From assembly GCF_964204645.1 (NCBI RefSeq), contig NC_134028.1, positions 6,510,001 to 6,574,000 of the forward strand: a stretch of DNA of 64,000 nt. Reading direction: 5' to 3'. The notes under the pieces are model-generated. The model saw only the letters and a program-made list of their open reading frames with translations. It did not search any database and had not been told where the DNA came from. Of this stretch, positions 1-11,192 are shown one piece after another. Position numbers and translations under genes: made by a program. Position 1 is the stretch's first letter, and each line of letters begins with the position of its first letter. The DNA comes from Tubulanus polymorphus (Eukaryota > Animalia > Nemertea).

Positions 1-854
1 GGAATACGACGGCGTCAGCGGTTTGAATTTCTTCAGCGATCCGAACACGGCGCTCGTCAACACGATGAACAAGATAAAAAAAGAGGTGCGCAAAGAGAAG
101 GTTCTGAAAATGAAAAAGCAGGTAATGCAATTGTATCGCGCGAATACGGGTTGCTCGGACGTTCCGGAATCGAACGACGCTGGAAAAAAATTGGACGAAT
201 CGAACGCCGCCGAACGAGTGAATAACGGTCTTCCAGACGGCGATGGAGGATGCTGTGATTTGCTGTCATCGACTGAAAATTGCGAGAATGATAAAAACTG
301 TGCCGTTTCGACGGATAGCTGCAATGAAAAAAGCGACACGACAAGTCGAAAATGTTCATCGAAGCAGCGACCAAAGAATCTGGCGATCGTGCAGCCATGC
401 GCGGTATCAGCAGCGGATGACTGCGCCACGGTCGGCGACGAAAGTCTCGACGAGCGAAAATGCGTGAAAGATTCGAGCGACGAACGCGAAACCGACGTGC
501 CGTTGTCGCAGATCGATCCGCGCAAAGCGAAGCAACTGTGTTTGAAAGCGTGTCACTGTTTGAAAGAGCAGATCGAGAAATTTCAAACGGAACTCAATCG
601 CGTTTGGATGGAGAAGGTGTGGTCGCAGCGGCAGGGTCACGGCGGCGGCGAGGGGAATAATGAAGAGGAAAATATGAATGAAGAGGAAATGGAGATATCG
701 GTGAAGAATACGATAGCGGGGTTAGTGAGTAACGCGGTCGCGGCGATCGAAGAGTCGCTGTCGCTTCCTACACCTGTTACTCCGATTACGGCGTCAAAAT
801 TATTGAGTCCTCTCAGTCCGGACCCTTCGCTACCAATGCCTGAATTAGAAGAAC
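1..854 (+). CDS. UBE2O: UBE2O large acidic/low-complexity exon (5'-partial)
   Basis: Open frame from nt 2; donor C|GTAAGT at 855; phase matches next exon. Confidence 0.85.
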
Positions 855-3831
855 GTAAGTTTCGAAAAATACCTGGTGCCCCTTAATTATTTTCTATCTA
901 GTTATCGAGGTCGTTGAGTCTAGAACTTTTGCTGCTAGTATGTCAGAATAAGGGGAGTGTAAGTTAGGAATTTAACATAAGCCCTCTTCCCTAGAAGCAA
1001 TTTGGATGGTATAGTATGCCATTTGTCATTCCTGGTAGTTAGCTTTGAGTTAGAATGTAAACAACCTTTCATCAACTACCGGATACATAGTAAGTAATCG
1101 TAAAACTCTTGTGCAAATAAACTGTAGGTCATCTGAAAGTTACTAATTAATAAGCAGGTCAGGGTCCATACGACTCCTTGATTCTCCTTCAAAAACTCTT
1201 TCAAAATGGAAAATGCTTTTAAATGCACTTGAAACTCCTTTGATTTGCACAAAATGCCCGAAACTCCTTTTGAACTACTTTAATTTTGAGAAATAGGCAA
1301 TTAGAAATTTTTGTCAGGTCTGTAGTTGTACAGTAAAGACTACTCCGAAATCAACCAGGCTTACGGAATTAGAAACCAAGTTTAGGTAGCGAAAAAGGAT
1401 AGAAATTAGCTTATAGTACCGATTTAGGAGGCTAAAGTAATTGGGATATGAAAGTGATGCAGACATTTCGTCCCCTGTTGGTTAATGCTTAGATATGTCT
1501 TCTCAATCTAAACACTATAGAAAGCTTTCAAAAACTGTTAGTTCTTTGATGTTTACGAATACTGTAAAACTTACGTTGCTCGTATTATATCGACAGGGTT
1601 TACGATATTAGAAACTGCTCCCGATCATCACCGATTTAAATCCCGAGAACACGTTCCAAACGATCGAAAAGCTTTCTTCAACGCCGTTAAAAAAGAGGTC
1701 GGTTGGTCGGTCTTTTTAACCTCCACAATTTGAATTGAGATGAAACTTTAATGCGTCAAACTTTTTTTCTTAGATTTTCATACTGTTGTAATTTTGCCGG
1801 TTCGTTTACAGATAAAGTTATTGCGTTCAAGTCTTCCTCGCGGTATCATGGTGAAAGGATTCGAAGACCGAATGGTTTGTATTCATTTTTTTTGGTGCCC
1901 CACCTTTGCCAATTAGTTCATGATATCTGAGTTAAGACCTGTTAGTCTTTTAAGGCAAATTTATAGAAATGTACCTTATTCCGGGTACGGCACTTAACAA
2001 GTGTAGGGTACCCAATTTCGGGTATCCTTTGTGTATGGATAAGTTTCGTTGGTTTTTCGTTGCATCAAATAAATATGGCCAACGTGCATATTGAGTGGCT
2101 CTTTTTCTCTGGTAAACTCCGGGTTATCACGCTCTTGTACGTGGTAAGGCAAGTACACAACCCTAAATGGAATATACCTGGCCTTGGAAATGTGTCGAGT
2201 ACTATTCTTGAACAGAATTGGTACTCAGAATTGAGTATGTTTCGATGAATTGGCTTTTAATGCGCATCCACTAATTTGAATGTTTGGTATATTATTTTTC
2301 AGTTGACTGTTCCCTTGAAAACTATAGTAAACTCGTAGGCCTATCTTGTTTGTATCTTTCAGGATCTATATTCGGTGATGATCGTCGGTCCGGCGAACAC
2401 TCCGTACGAGGACGGGCTGTTTTTATTCGACGTACAATTAGCGAATAGTTATCCGTCTGTTCCGCCGTCGTTTCACTACGTCAGTTTCTGCGAAGGGCGA
2501 CTCAATCCGAATCTGTACGAAGAGGGAAAAGTCTGCGTCAGTTTACTGGGAACATGGGAAGGAAAGGTGTGTTAAATTTGAAAACTCGGAGCTATTCCAG
2601 ATTTTGGTACTAGTCGGTTTATAGCCTGAAAAGTCCATTTGATAAGGATGAAGTCATTTTCGGCAGGATCTTTTGCAAAAAAGTCATTTCATGCCCGTTA
2701 TCTATTTCAGGGTACAGAATTATGGAATAGTCATTCAAATCTATTACAAGTTCTCGTTTCGATACAAGGTATGTATTAAAAAACTTTGAAGTATCTTAGA
2801 TTTTGTATAGATCTACAGCACCGATTGTTGGGGTTTTTTTTTCTCGGGATCTTAGGTTTGATTTTGAATTCGGAGCCGTACTACAACGAGGCCGGTTACG
2901 ATCGGCAGAGAGGAACGCAAGTCGGCTGTGAAAACAGTAAAGTTTACAACGAGATGGCGATCTTGAAACTAGTTCAGGTAACGTACCGCCGTGAATGGTC
3001 TTACGTTTTTCAAGCTCTTGAAATTTGATAGTTTATTTATCATTTCATGTGCATGTTTTGCAGTCAATGAAAGAAATGTTGACACATCCACCAGAGTTAT
3101 TTAAAACTGAAATCGAAGAGCATTTCAATCGCTACGGATACAGGTATGTAAAGCAGACCTGACGATGACTACTATTTGAGAGTAGTTCCTACTCAAATTA
3201 AGAGCTCCACTATGATAAATGACAAAATACTAGTTTCTATTTCAAGAATTTCTAGTTTATTTTCAATTAAAACTCTGTTTTCATGTCAAATTACTCTAAT
3301 TTGAGTGAGTGGTGAACTACTACAGTTGCAGATATCCGATAGTCTTATCTGGTAAAGGCTCAGTTCTGGTTTAGATTCAGAATAGACTCGATATACAGAC
3401 AGAACGGAGATTCGTTTGCTTCTAAATATTTATCGTGGAGCCTCTTCGTGAAAATTTAGACTCATTCAAGTCGGAAGTGAAATCATTTCTGATCCTGCTG
3501 ATGTTGAAGTTTTATTACCCGCGTCCAGAATATTTCTAATTCTCTGTATCGTTTATATTTCAGATTAGTGAATAGAATTCAAGGCTGGTTGAATCTTTCC
3601 GGTATCGCGACTAACGATGACGTCGCCGGGGCGTGCGGAGGTGTCGCGTTACCGACGAGCGGGGCTGCTGTTTGCGGCAGTCCGCCGGATTTCCCGCTCG
3701 TGCCAGCGTCGAAAGGATTTTGCATTTCCGTTCAAAAGCATTTAGAGCAATTCAAGGATATTCTCGACGAGAAGTTGAAAGAAAAGGAGAAACCGACAAT
3801 TCGATTTAATCATCAACTTAGTCTGGATTAA
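1..3831 (+). CDS. UBE2O: E2/E3 hybrid ubiquitin-conjugating enzyme UBE2O, 3' part (5' end outside window); 8 exons
   Basis: Exons <1-854, 1597-1697, 1812-1874, 2363-2566, 2711-2768, 2856-2977, 3064-3143, 3564-3831 join in frame via GT-AG. UBC domain [37 protein letters not shown]...[28 protein letters not shown]...[23 protein letters not shown] and C-terminal [13 protein letters not shown] are characteristic of UBE2O. Confidence 0.93.
1597..1697 (+). CDS. UBE2O: UBE2O exon ([15 protein letters not shown]...FFNAVKKE)
   Basis: ACAG acceptor, GTCGGT donor, in frame. Confidence 0.88.
1812..1874 (+). CDS. UBE2O: UBE2O exon ([21 protein letters not shown])
   Basis: TTTACAG acceptor, GTTTGT donor; UBC helix 1/strand 1. 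Confidence 0.9.
2363..2566 (+). CDS. UBE2O: UBE2O exon with catalytic Cys ([11 protein letters not shown])
   Basis: TTTCAG acceptor, GTGTGT donor; UBC core. Confidence 0.95.
2711..2768 (+). CDS. UBE2O: UBE2O exon ([19 protein letters not shown])
   Basis: TTTCAG acceptor, GTATGT donor. Confidence 0.92.
2856..2977 (+). CDS. UBE2O: UBE2O exon ([15 protein letters not shown]...LKLVQ)
   Basis: CTTAG acceptor, GTAACG donor. Confidence 0.92.
3064..3143 (+). CDS. UBE2O: UBE2O exon ([21 protein letters not shown])
   Basis: TTTTGCAG acceptor, GTATGT donor. Confidence 0.9.
3564..3831 (+). CDS. UBE2O: UBE2O last coding exon
   Basis: TTTCAG acceptor; [13 protein letters not shown] motif; TAA stop. Confidence 0.9.
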
Positions 3832-4072
3832 TGATTTAATTACTACATGGTGCTGCTTAAATGAGTCTATACAATAATGAAGAACTTGAATATCACTGAA
3901 CAGTGTCTTCTACTGAGAATTTTTACTTAATAATCATTGATTTCATTTATTAACGGGAGTACCATATTGGGGATAGTGACGAAGTTAAGGAATTTATACG
4001 GTTGGTACTTGTCCTTTGAAAATGTGACGGTTGAAGAAGTGGGTATAGGAATAACAATTTCTTGTATACCAA

Positions 4073-4232
4073 GGCTGGGTTTCATAGATATGGAAGAAAA
4101 ATAGTCCCTGGGAACATTTTGAAATTTGTCAGTTATAACCAGTGTTTCTTGTTGTTACTATAGTGGTTGTCACCCAGATTGAGGATTTATCCCTAGGGAT
4201 AACTATGGTACTCAGTCTATGAAACCGGGCCC
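4073..4232. mobile_element. PIF/Harbinger-like MITE in UBE2O 3' UTR
   Basis: TIRs GGCTGGGTTTCATAGA / TCTATGAAACCGGGCC. Confidence 0.6.
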
Positions 4233-4244
4233 AGGTGTGTAATG

Positions 4245-4419
4245 CAGTGGAACCTCGTTTCATGCGATTCTGTTTTAAGACGAAACCTGTTTATTACGAT
4301 GATTTCCAGCATGTCTCGGCTAAGATATTCATATCAATCAATATTTTGATGACAAAAAATCTGTTTTACGCAGCAATTTCACTTTTGTCGACAAGTTTCG
4401 TATTAACAAGGTTTCACTG
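4245..4419. mobile_element. Tc1/pogo (Tigger-like) MITE, same family as 16934-17072
   Basis: TIRs CAGTGGAACCTCGTT / AACAAGGTTTCACTG-TA; internal TTTATTACGA..ATTTCCAGCATGT..CGGCT.AGATATT shared with second copy. Confidence 0.75.
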
Positions 4420-5653
4420 TATTATTGATTGATCCCTAAGGTTTAATTCACTGAACACCTGTATTTTTTTGTTCAGTATATGGTATAAGAATATATGTAG
4501 AGACTTTAACTTTAAAGATCTTGGACAGATATTGATTAGAAAAGATTTTTTTTGAAATTTTACTTATTCAAGATTCTTAGGAAAATTATAGGCTACACTG
4601 TCTGGTGTAATTAGGAATTATATCTCGAAAAAGTGATTGGTAGTGGAAACAAGCTGTTCTCTGAGGATTTATAGACTTTATGAAGACGCTTTGAATTGAT
4701 CGATTGATGTGCTAACTTATTTGATATTGACAAAAAATTGAAGAAATGAATTTATGACTGGTTGCGTAGAGGGGCTTCTGTAGGTACAATTGAATGTAAT
4801 ATGAGGTTATCTATTGAATATACATGCAGATACCCCGGTATATAGAGAAATATGGTGATATTGAATCATGTATTCATGTGTGATATTGAAAACAATCTCT
4901 AGTTTTACCGGTCCACACCCCTGTGGATTTTACGGGGTAGAAATACGTAGCTAACTCTAATCATCTTCAATCATTGTCAATTTTAGGCTTTTTCATATTA
5001 CGGATGACCTGAGATGATATTGTGAGTTTATGAGTTTTGCGAGTTCTTACTTGCTGAGGTTTTAGTTGAAGATAATATGTAAAAGAACATTCTTTACTAA
5101 AAGATATTTTGACCAACTTTTAAGGACTTAATGTGATCATAGTCCATTTCTATAAAGATTGAGCAGTTCCATGTCATTTTTGGGTGGGGTGTGTGAATCA
5201 ATGGTACCATATCTTTTAAGGGTGACTGAGGTGTGAACAGTATCCCGTATTGTAAATTTCCGCTTATAACTAGGCTTGATTGATTCAATTAATTCATTGA
5301 ATCGTAATGTGAAATTAAGAGATACATGTAGTTCATAGATCATGGGTATAGAATGTTTCAGGGATTCTCAAACATACTTTACTGATATTTTTAATGAATA
5401 TTCTTTCAAATGATGATAGGCCTATTGTTGGACTTAATTGATTTGTAGGGTAGGTAAACGATGCTGGGGTGTGAAATGCGGGGGGGGGGGTCGAAGTCAG
5501 TATGAGCTTGATTCTTGTAGACTTATTTAGTCAAAAATCAAAACTTATGAAGTCAGAAGTCGCAAACTCATGAACTGAGAATGTCATCTCGGGTCTCCGA
5601 TATTTCTCGCTTTTTGTTTTGTTTTTGTTGTTTTCTTGATAAATTCCATAAAG

Positions 5654-5663
5654 AATAAATAAA
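5654..5663 (+). terminator. Probable UBE2O polyadenylation signal (overlapping AATAAATAAA)
   Basis: Two overlapping AATAAA hexamers followed by a GT/T-rich tract at ~5690-5730, just before the CCDC6 start. Confidence 0.6.
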
Positions 5664-5961
5664 ATGATAATGCCAAAAACTGAAAATGCGTTTTATGTAT
5701 GTATTGTCTTTTTGTGGTTCGTCTTTCAGTGGACTTGGAATATTTTAATCCCTTAATGTTCAGCAGAGTCGTTCATCATTTTAACTCAAAACTGGAACCC
5801 GGATCATTTTCCATTTCTCTAAGGATTAATTCGATCCGAGATAAACTGCATTAACGTTAGGGTCCAGTTTCGCGACCCCAGCTGGCTAAACTAAAGCACC
5901 GTCATGTGCTGCCACCAACTGACATTTTACGGAACTACATCTAATGAAAGTTGCAATCATC

Positions 5962-6183
5962 ATGGCGGACAGCACGAGTGAATTAGAAAGCGATACAAGT
6001 TCAATCGACGGCGGCCCAGTGCTGAAACTGCCGTCTTCTGCCGACAGCGAACATTTGCACAAACGAATAGAATCTTTACAACAAGAAAATCGAGTTCTGA
6101 AGATGGAACTCGATACGTACAAGTTGAAATGTAAAACGTTACAGGAAGAGAATCGCGAACTTCGCAGAGCAAGTGTCACCATC
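5962..6183 (+). CDS. CCDC6: CCDC6 exon 1
   Basis: atcATGG strong context; GTAAGT donor. Confidence 0.92.
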
Positions 6184-6786
6184 GTAAGTTTACACTTTCA
6201 TTTCTTTCGGTGAAATCAACTTTTAGAACATCAAACTCTCCAACCAAATAAAGATTATTTGAAGTGGAACAAGCTTTTAAGTTAATTTTCAATGGTAAGG
6301 TTATCCTTTCGTGCTTGAGTTGTAGAATACAAATTCTGGTTCCTCGGCGCAGTAAACACTGTGACTGTGTGTGCTGTGAGTGTGAGTGTGAATTTTGTAG
6401 GTCACATTGCACTTTTGGACCTTATGGACTGAGGTCGATAATTTCGCCCCGGAGACTCGAGTTGGCATTCATCATCCTTATGTTGATTACGACAATCTAA
6501 AAATTTAAGGACAGAGATGACCTTACTCCCCGACTAGAATGTTACGTTCAGCAGATGATGATCTTTTGCTTACTCAACCCCGTTCAAGATTAGCTTCTCT
6601 TGGAGACATAGCCTTCTCAGTCGCTGCTTCACGTTTGTGGAACAACCTTCCTCTCCATGTAAGAGCGGCTTCGAGTATCTCTGTCTTCAAGAGAAGCCTC
6701 AAAACACATTAGTTTTCACCACATTAGATTTATTCAGTAATAAAGTGTCAATGATCACTTAAGTGGATTCTGGAACTTAAAATACC

Positions 6787-6826
<40 letters not shown>

Positions 6827-9800
6827 TTTGTCAATTAGTACGAAACTTAGACTTGGACTATCTATTGGAATGTTGTTCATATTTTGTAGCAAGCTCGAGC
6901 CGAGCAGGAAGAGGAATTTATCAGCAATACCTTACTGAAAAAGATTCAGAAGCTGAAGAAAGAAAAGGAAACGTTAGCGATGAACTACGAACAAGAGGAA
7001 GAATTTCTAACGAATGACTTATCCAGAAAACTGATGCAGGTAGGTTCTTGTGAAGGTGATATGGTCCCGACCTAGATCTGGTAGGCCTCCCTAGATGTGG
7101 TATTCATAAATGCGCCGAATCGTAAGGATAGAACGAGTTCTATTTCAAATGACTGATCTTAACGTCGTAGCCAATCAGCGACGAGTATTGGCTTCACTCA
7201 AATCAAAATCAACAGGAAATTTAATTTAGTATCGAATATAGTTAAGTTTAATAATAAGGTTATTCATAGGTGCCTAAATGTATTTTGCTTGGTATGGGCT
7301 GATAAGTATGCCAAGTTTTCTACTGGTACTGTTTTTGTATCAATTAGGTTTTCGTCGTGAAAAATAACCCTCAAATTTGGTGATTTTACCCTAGAAAGCC
7401 CCTCAAATACCCCTCAAATTTCATATCGATGGTTCTGTAGGAACCATGATTGCATCACATCACTTTTAGCGTTGGCGTAGTCGACCATAATGCTCTTAAG
7501 ATCGCGAGACAAATGAATCAGTAATCAATGGTCACATGTGTACGATTACTGTTCTTATGATGGTCTAGTCGGGGTCGTAAGTTGACCTGAGCTGGGCATA
7601 TGAACTAACGCCACGTCAATTTCAGAAATCGTGACAACAGAGCAATTTTGATCAGTTGGAATTGGGTTCGGGAAGGTAAAATCATCTCGTCAGCCCAGAC
7701 TTCTCTGACGACATGTTTAAAAAATGATTGTATTCGATTTTTAGTTGCGTCAAGAGAAAGTTGAACTGGAACAAAGTTTAGAGAAAGAACAAGAATATCA
7801 AGTGAACAAATTGATGAGGAAAATAGAAAAACTTGAGGCTGAAATTGTCGGCAAACAGTCGACATTAGAACAGGTTAGGTTACTATTTATCGCTGCGTGG
7901 ATCCAGAAGCATGGGCAACTATCTATAAAGTACCCTTAGAAATTTCTCAGACCGGTCAGCCCGTTGTTCTATGTTTTGAGTTTGTTCATTATTTTCAGCT
8001 TCGTCGAGAAAAAGTTGAACTGGAGAACGCTCTTGAGCAGGAACAGGAGGCATTAGTCAACCGTCTCTGGAAGAAAATGGAGAAATTGGAAGCCGAGAAA
8101 AGGTTTGCTATACGAGTTCGATTTCTAATTAGTCATCGTAAATATTAATCTATTTCTTTAAGAATCTCGTAAATATTTCTATTATCTCTTATGTTATACA
8201 TACATTATCTTGTTTGATTTTATCGCAATTTTGATATGTAAGGCTAAAAAATGATACCTTGTTTTTCCTTAATCAGTCAGCCGGGTCACTTTTGTAAACT
8301 GCAATAAAATTTGTAATCGGTTAACTGCGGGTGTGTTATTGCTAGCTTGACCATGAATAAAAGAAATGTTATGTATAGGGTAGTATAGATAGGCGGTTGG
8401 CTGGATCAACTTTTAAGCTAAGCAGAAAGGAGAAACGATGTCTGAATATTTTTTTAGCCCAATCAGGTGTTAAACTGAGCAATGAAATTTTACTTCACTT
8501 AACTATATGTTGATAACTTGCGTTGAATTGATTGTAGAATGTTACAAGAGAAATTGGATCAACCGGTTTCGGCTCCTGCTTCGCCGCATGATATCAATAA
8601 CGGAGGTAACAAAGCTGACAATCTTACTCAACATATACAGAATCTACGCGGTGAGGTTCATCAGTTGAAAAACCTACTCGTCGAAGCTCAAACCGAAAGT
8701 AAGTAGAGTTTCCTAAAGCCTTGCTCAGGTCGACTTGTGGCCCTTGGAACAGCAGTAGTAGACAATTGCGGTATTGCCGATTTCGTTTGTCTAACAATTG
8801 TCATGGTTGTAAGTAGACTTATGTCGAAAAGGTTCCTGATTAAAAGATCACAGACTTAACTGCTTACGATCCATCGATCTGATCAGATCTTCGTCGACCT
8901 GAGCTAGGCTTAAGTTTGGTCTGGTCTTGGTCTTGTCCGAATTTCTTACAGCAGTTAGTATATGCCGAAAATGATTTGATATATCTTGAAAAGAAACAGC
9001 CCCCACTGTTGAGGATATACCTGTGGTATTAAGATTTATTTAATCATGGGATTCTTGGTCAAGGGTCATCATAATCAGATTCCCTGATCCGTTTGAACCC
9101 TGCATATCCATGTTGTCCGAAACTCTTAAACAGTGTTTTCCATAGGGCTACATTTTGGCTTAAGTTTTCAGACAGAATGTAGAGTATTTTGAACGTTTCA
9201 TGAAATGTTTTGCAGATGAAGAGAAAATGGCTCATTTAATCCATGAGGAACGTCAGATCAGAGAAGAGAACTTGCGTTTACAGCGTAAATTACAGATGGA
9301 AATTGATCGACGCGAGGCCTTGTGTCGCCACCTATCTGAGAGTGAATCTAGTTTAGAAATGGACGATGAACGGTAACTTATGATAATAATAATAATAATA
9401 ATGATAACAATGATAATAATTTATTCGCTTATATAGTGCAGAACTATAGAAATGATTGCTGTGCTTTACATTATAAAAACAAAAGATACCCTATTTAATA
9501 TGTAATTCCCATTCGAACTACAGATGGTGTATGAGTTGTTTCGTTTCGGCGATGTCAATAGGACAAACCTGTTCATTATCATGTTGTTTATGTATGTTTC
9601 CAGACATTTCAATGAAATGACGAAACAACAAGACCAACCAGTAAATAAAGAGTCCACAGTGGTCCGTCCGAGAACCGTGTCGAGTCCGATTCCATACGCG
9701 TCGCCAAATCCATCGAGACCACTATCGCCAGGTCAGATTCTCGCCTGAATTGTGCAAAGTCGGTCGCATTTCGATGCCCGCTTTTGAGATCGGTGGAAAT

Positions 9801-10655
9801 CGATCCTTCCCCTCTTGAAATCAAATTATTTATGGCTGTTTTCCGTCTTTATTTCGTCGTAGGTTTGAACTACGGCTCGGCATTTAGTCCACCCGGTCAA
9901 ATGCGGTGTCCGAACTGTGGACAGATAATATACCATTCATCGCCGTCGACATATCTGCCCAGCACGTCACCACCGGTACACTCCTGCATGTCAAATATCA
10001 GTGTAAGTATCCGCCATTTCGCTGTCTTTCTTCCGTTGAATTTGGTAAAATAAAAATACATTTCGCCTGGTCCGGTATTGCTCTATTCGGTTATCGGGTA
10101 AAATTTTGGCTTCATTTCTGTTTAACACTTTTTATCCTGGCCTTACCACTAGAAACCCGATGTGCATTCTGTGCCTAAACCGCTAAACCATAATGGCTCT
10201 CCACTTCAATACAATATATACAATCTATCAATCTTCTATTTCTGTTGGTGATTCATATTAGGCCCTATGGAACTTCTACTGCGCACTCATGCCCTAAATT
10301 AGCCATAGTTTTCATGTTGCAAGTGCGTAGTATGCCAAGTAAAAGCTAAAATTCTGTTCCTGCAATCACTCAAGGAGTAATGATAAGGATGTATACATGT
10401 AGCTAAAGAATGATTTAAATGAGCATCTGGAGTTAAGATCAGCTTCAGATTTTAGCGCAAAAATTTGCTGGTCTATTTTAGACTAGCTATACATGCATAC
10501 AATGCAGCATTATTAGAAAAATATTGTCACCGTAAATGTTTATTTTTCTTTGATTATTTTCATACGCGCAGAGACCGCGCCCAGTTTCGATGTCAGCTGC
10601 GCAGGAGAAATTTGTGAAACCTGCTGTACCCGGAGACCGACTGGGCAAAACATAA
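5962..10655 (+). CDS. CCDC6: Coiled-coil domain-containing protein 6, complete; 9 exons, 424 aa
   Basis: Exons 5962-6183, 6890-7039, 7745-7873, 7999-8102, 8538-8698, 9216-9372, 9604-9731, 9863-10002, 10572-10655 sum to 1275 nt in frame. MADS...SDT start, [89 protein letters not shown] and [11 protein letters not shown] match CCDC6. Confidence 0.94.
6521..6823 (+). mobile_element. 5'-truncated L2/CR1-group LINE 3' end with (AAT)n tail
   Basis: Translates [21 protein letters not shown]...[36 protein letters not shown], the typical ORF2 C-terminus, followed by (AAT)n. Confidence 0.8.
6890..7039 (+). CDS. CCDC6: CCDC6 exon 2
   Basis: [20 protein letters not shown]...SRKLMQ; TGTAG/GTAGGT. Confidence 0.93.
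7745..7873 (+). CDS. CCDC6: CCDC6 exon 3
   Basis: [24 protein letters not shown]; TTTAG/GTTAGG. Confidence 0.92.
7999..8102 (+). CDS. CCDC6: CCDC6 exon 4
   Basis: [34 protein letters not shown]; TTCAG/GTTTGC. Confidence 0.92.
8243..8460. mobile_element. MITE with GGCTAAAAAA termini (Zator-like), family shared with 19352-19524
   Basis: GGCTAAAAAATGATACCTTG start and TTTTTTTAGCC end; interior is the reverse complement homolog of the 19.4-kb copy. Confidence 0.6.
8538..8698 (+). CDS. CCDC6: CCDC6 exon 5
   Basis: [16 protein letters not shown]; TGTAG/GTAAGT. Confidence 0.9.
8717..8910. mobile_element. PIF/Harbinger-like MITE with TAA target-site duplication
   Basis: TAA|AGCCTTGCTCAGGTCGAC ... 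GTCGACCTGAGCTAGGCT|TAA; a related end GTTGACCTGAGCTGGGC occurs at ~7581-7597. Confidence 0.75.
9216..9372 (+). CDS. CCDC6: CCDC6 exon 6
   Basis: [37 protein letters not shown]; TGCAG/GTAACT. Confidence 0.93.
9381..9470 (-). mobile_element. Very short L2-type 3' tail remnant
   Basis: Minus strand TGTAAAGCAC...GCACTATATAAG...(TTA)n matches L2-type 3' stem-loop plus microsatellite tail. Confidence 0.5.
9604..9731 (+). CDS. CCDC6: CCDC6 exon 7
   Basis: HFNEM...[11 protein letters not shown]...SRPLSPG; TCCAG/GTCAGA. Confidence 0.88.
9863..10002 (+). CDS. CCDC6: CCDC6 exon 8
   Basis: [11 protein letters not shown]...; CGTAG/GTAAGT; frame consistent with exon 9. Confidence 0.75.
10572..10655 (+). 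CDS. CCDC6: CCDC6 exon 9 (last)
   Basis: CGCAG acceptor after T-rich tract; [10 protein letters not shown] resembles the KFKRP motif of CCDC6; TAA stop. Confidence 0.75.
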   Translation, partial: RPRPVSMSAAQEKFVKPAVPGDRLGKT

Positions 10656-11073
10656 GTATCGTCGTCACCGTTGTCAACAAACTTCGCATGGTGCTTCACT
10701 CTAATCGCTAAGGGTAACCGTTTAAACCCCGTTGCTTGGCAACCGCTTATTATCGACGCATAATTTGACGCCAAATACGGTCGCTGTGCGGTGTCTGCTC
10801 GTATTCTACGCGTTCGGTCGATCTGCGTGAGGAAGAAATGAATATAGATGAAATTGTGTTCAAAACACGACGTTGACTGCTGTGTGTTACTGAAAAAAAT
10901 TTTCGGAAAGTATGTCTAGGGTGGAACATATAATGTAATTAATCGGATTCAATCCTGTAGTTGTGAGTTTGATTCGACTATACATGGTTTGTTGTAAGTT
11001 TGCTAAGTGTTACTAAAAACAATTTGTTAAGGCCCTGATTTGGGCTTACTTGTGGCGTTCAGTGCCACTTCTG

Positions 11074-11192
11074 GGGCCGGTTCCGTAGTCAGGGCTTAGA
11101 CTTAAGACTAGTCTAAGACTATTTTAGTTATATAGCTAATCTAACAGCTGAAGACCACTTTTGGACTTAAGTCTCGACTATGGAACCGGCCC
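11074..11192. mobile_element. Harbinger-like MITE with CTG target-site duplication, CCDC6 3' UTR
   Basis: CTG|GGGCCGGTTCCGTAGTC ... GACTATGGAACCGGCCC|CTG. Confidence 0.8.

Noticed and set aside
57-640. Antisense and alternate-frame ORFs over the UBE2O exon
   Set aside because: Shadow ORFs of a GC-rich coding exon.
10653-10763. Stop-codon read-through extension of CCDC6
   Set aside because: UAA-G is a strong stop context and the downstream peptide has no recognisable features.
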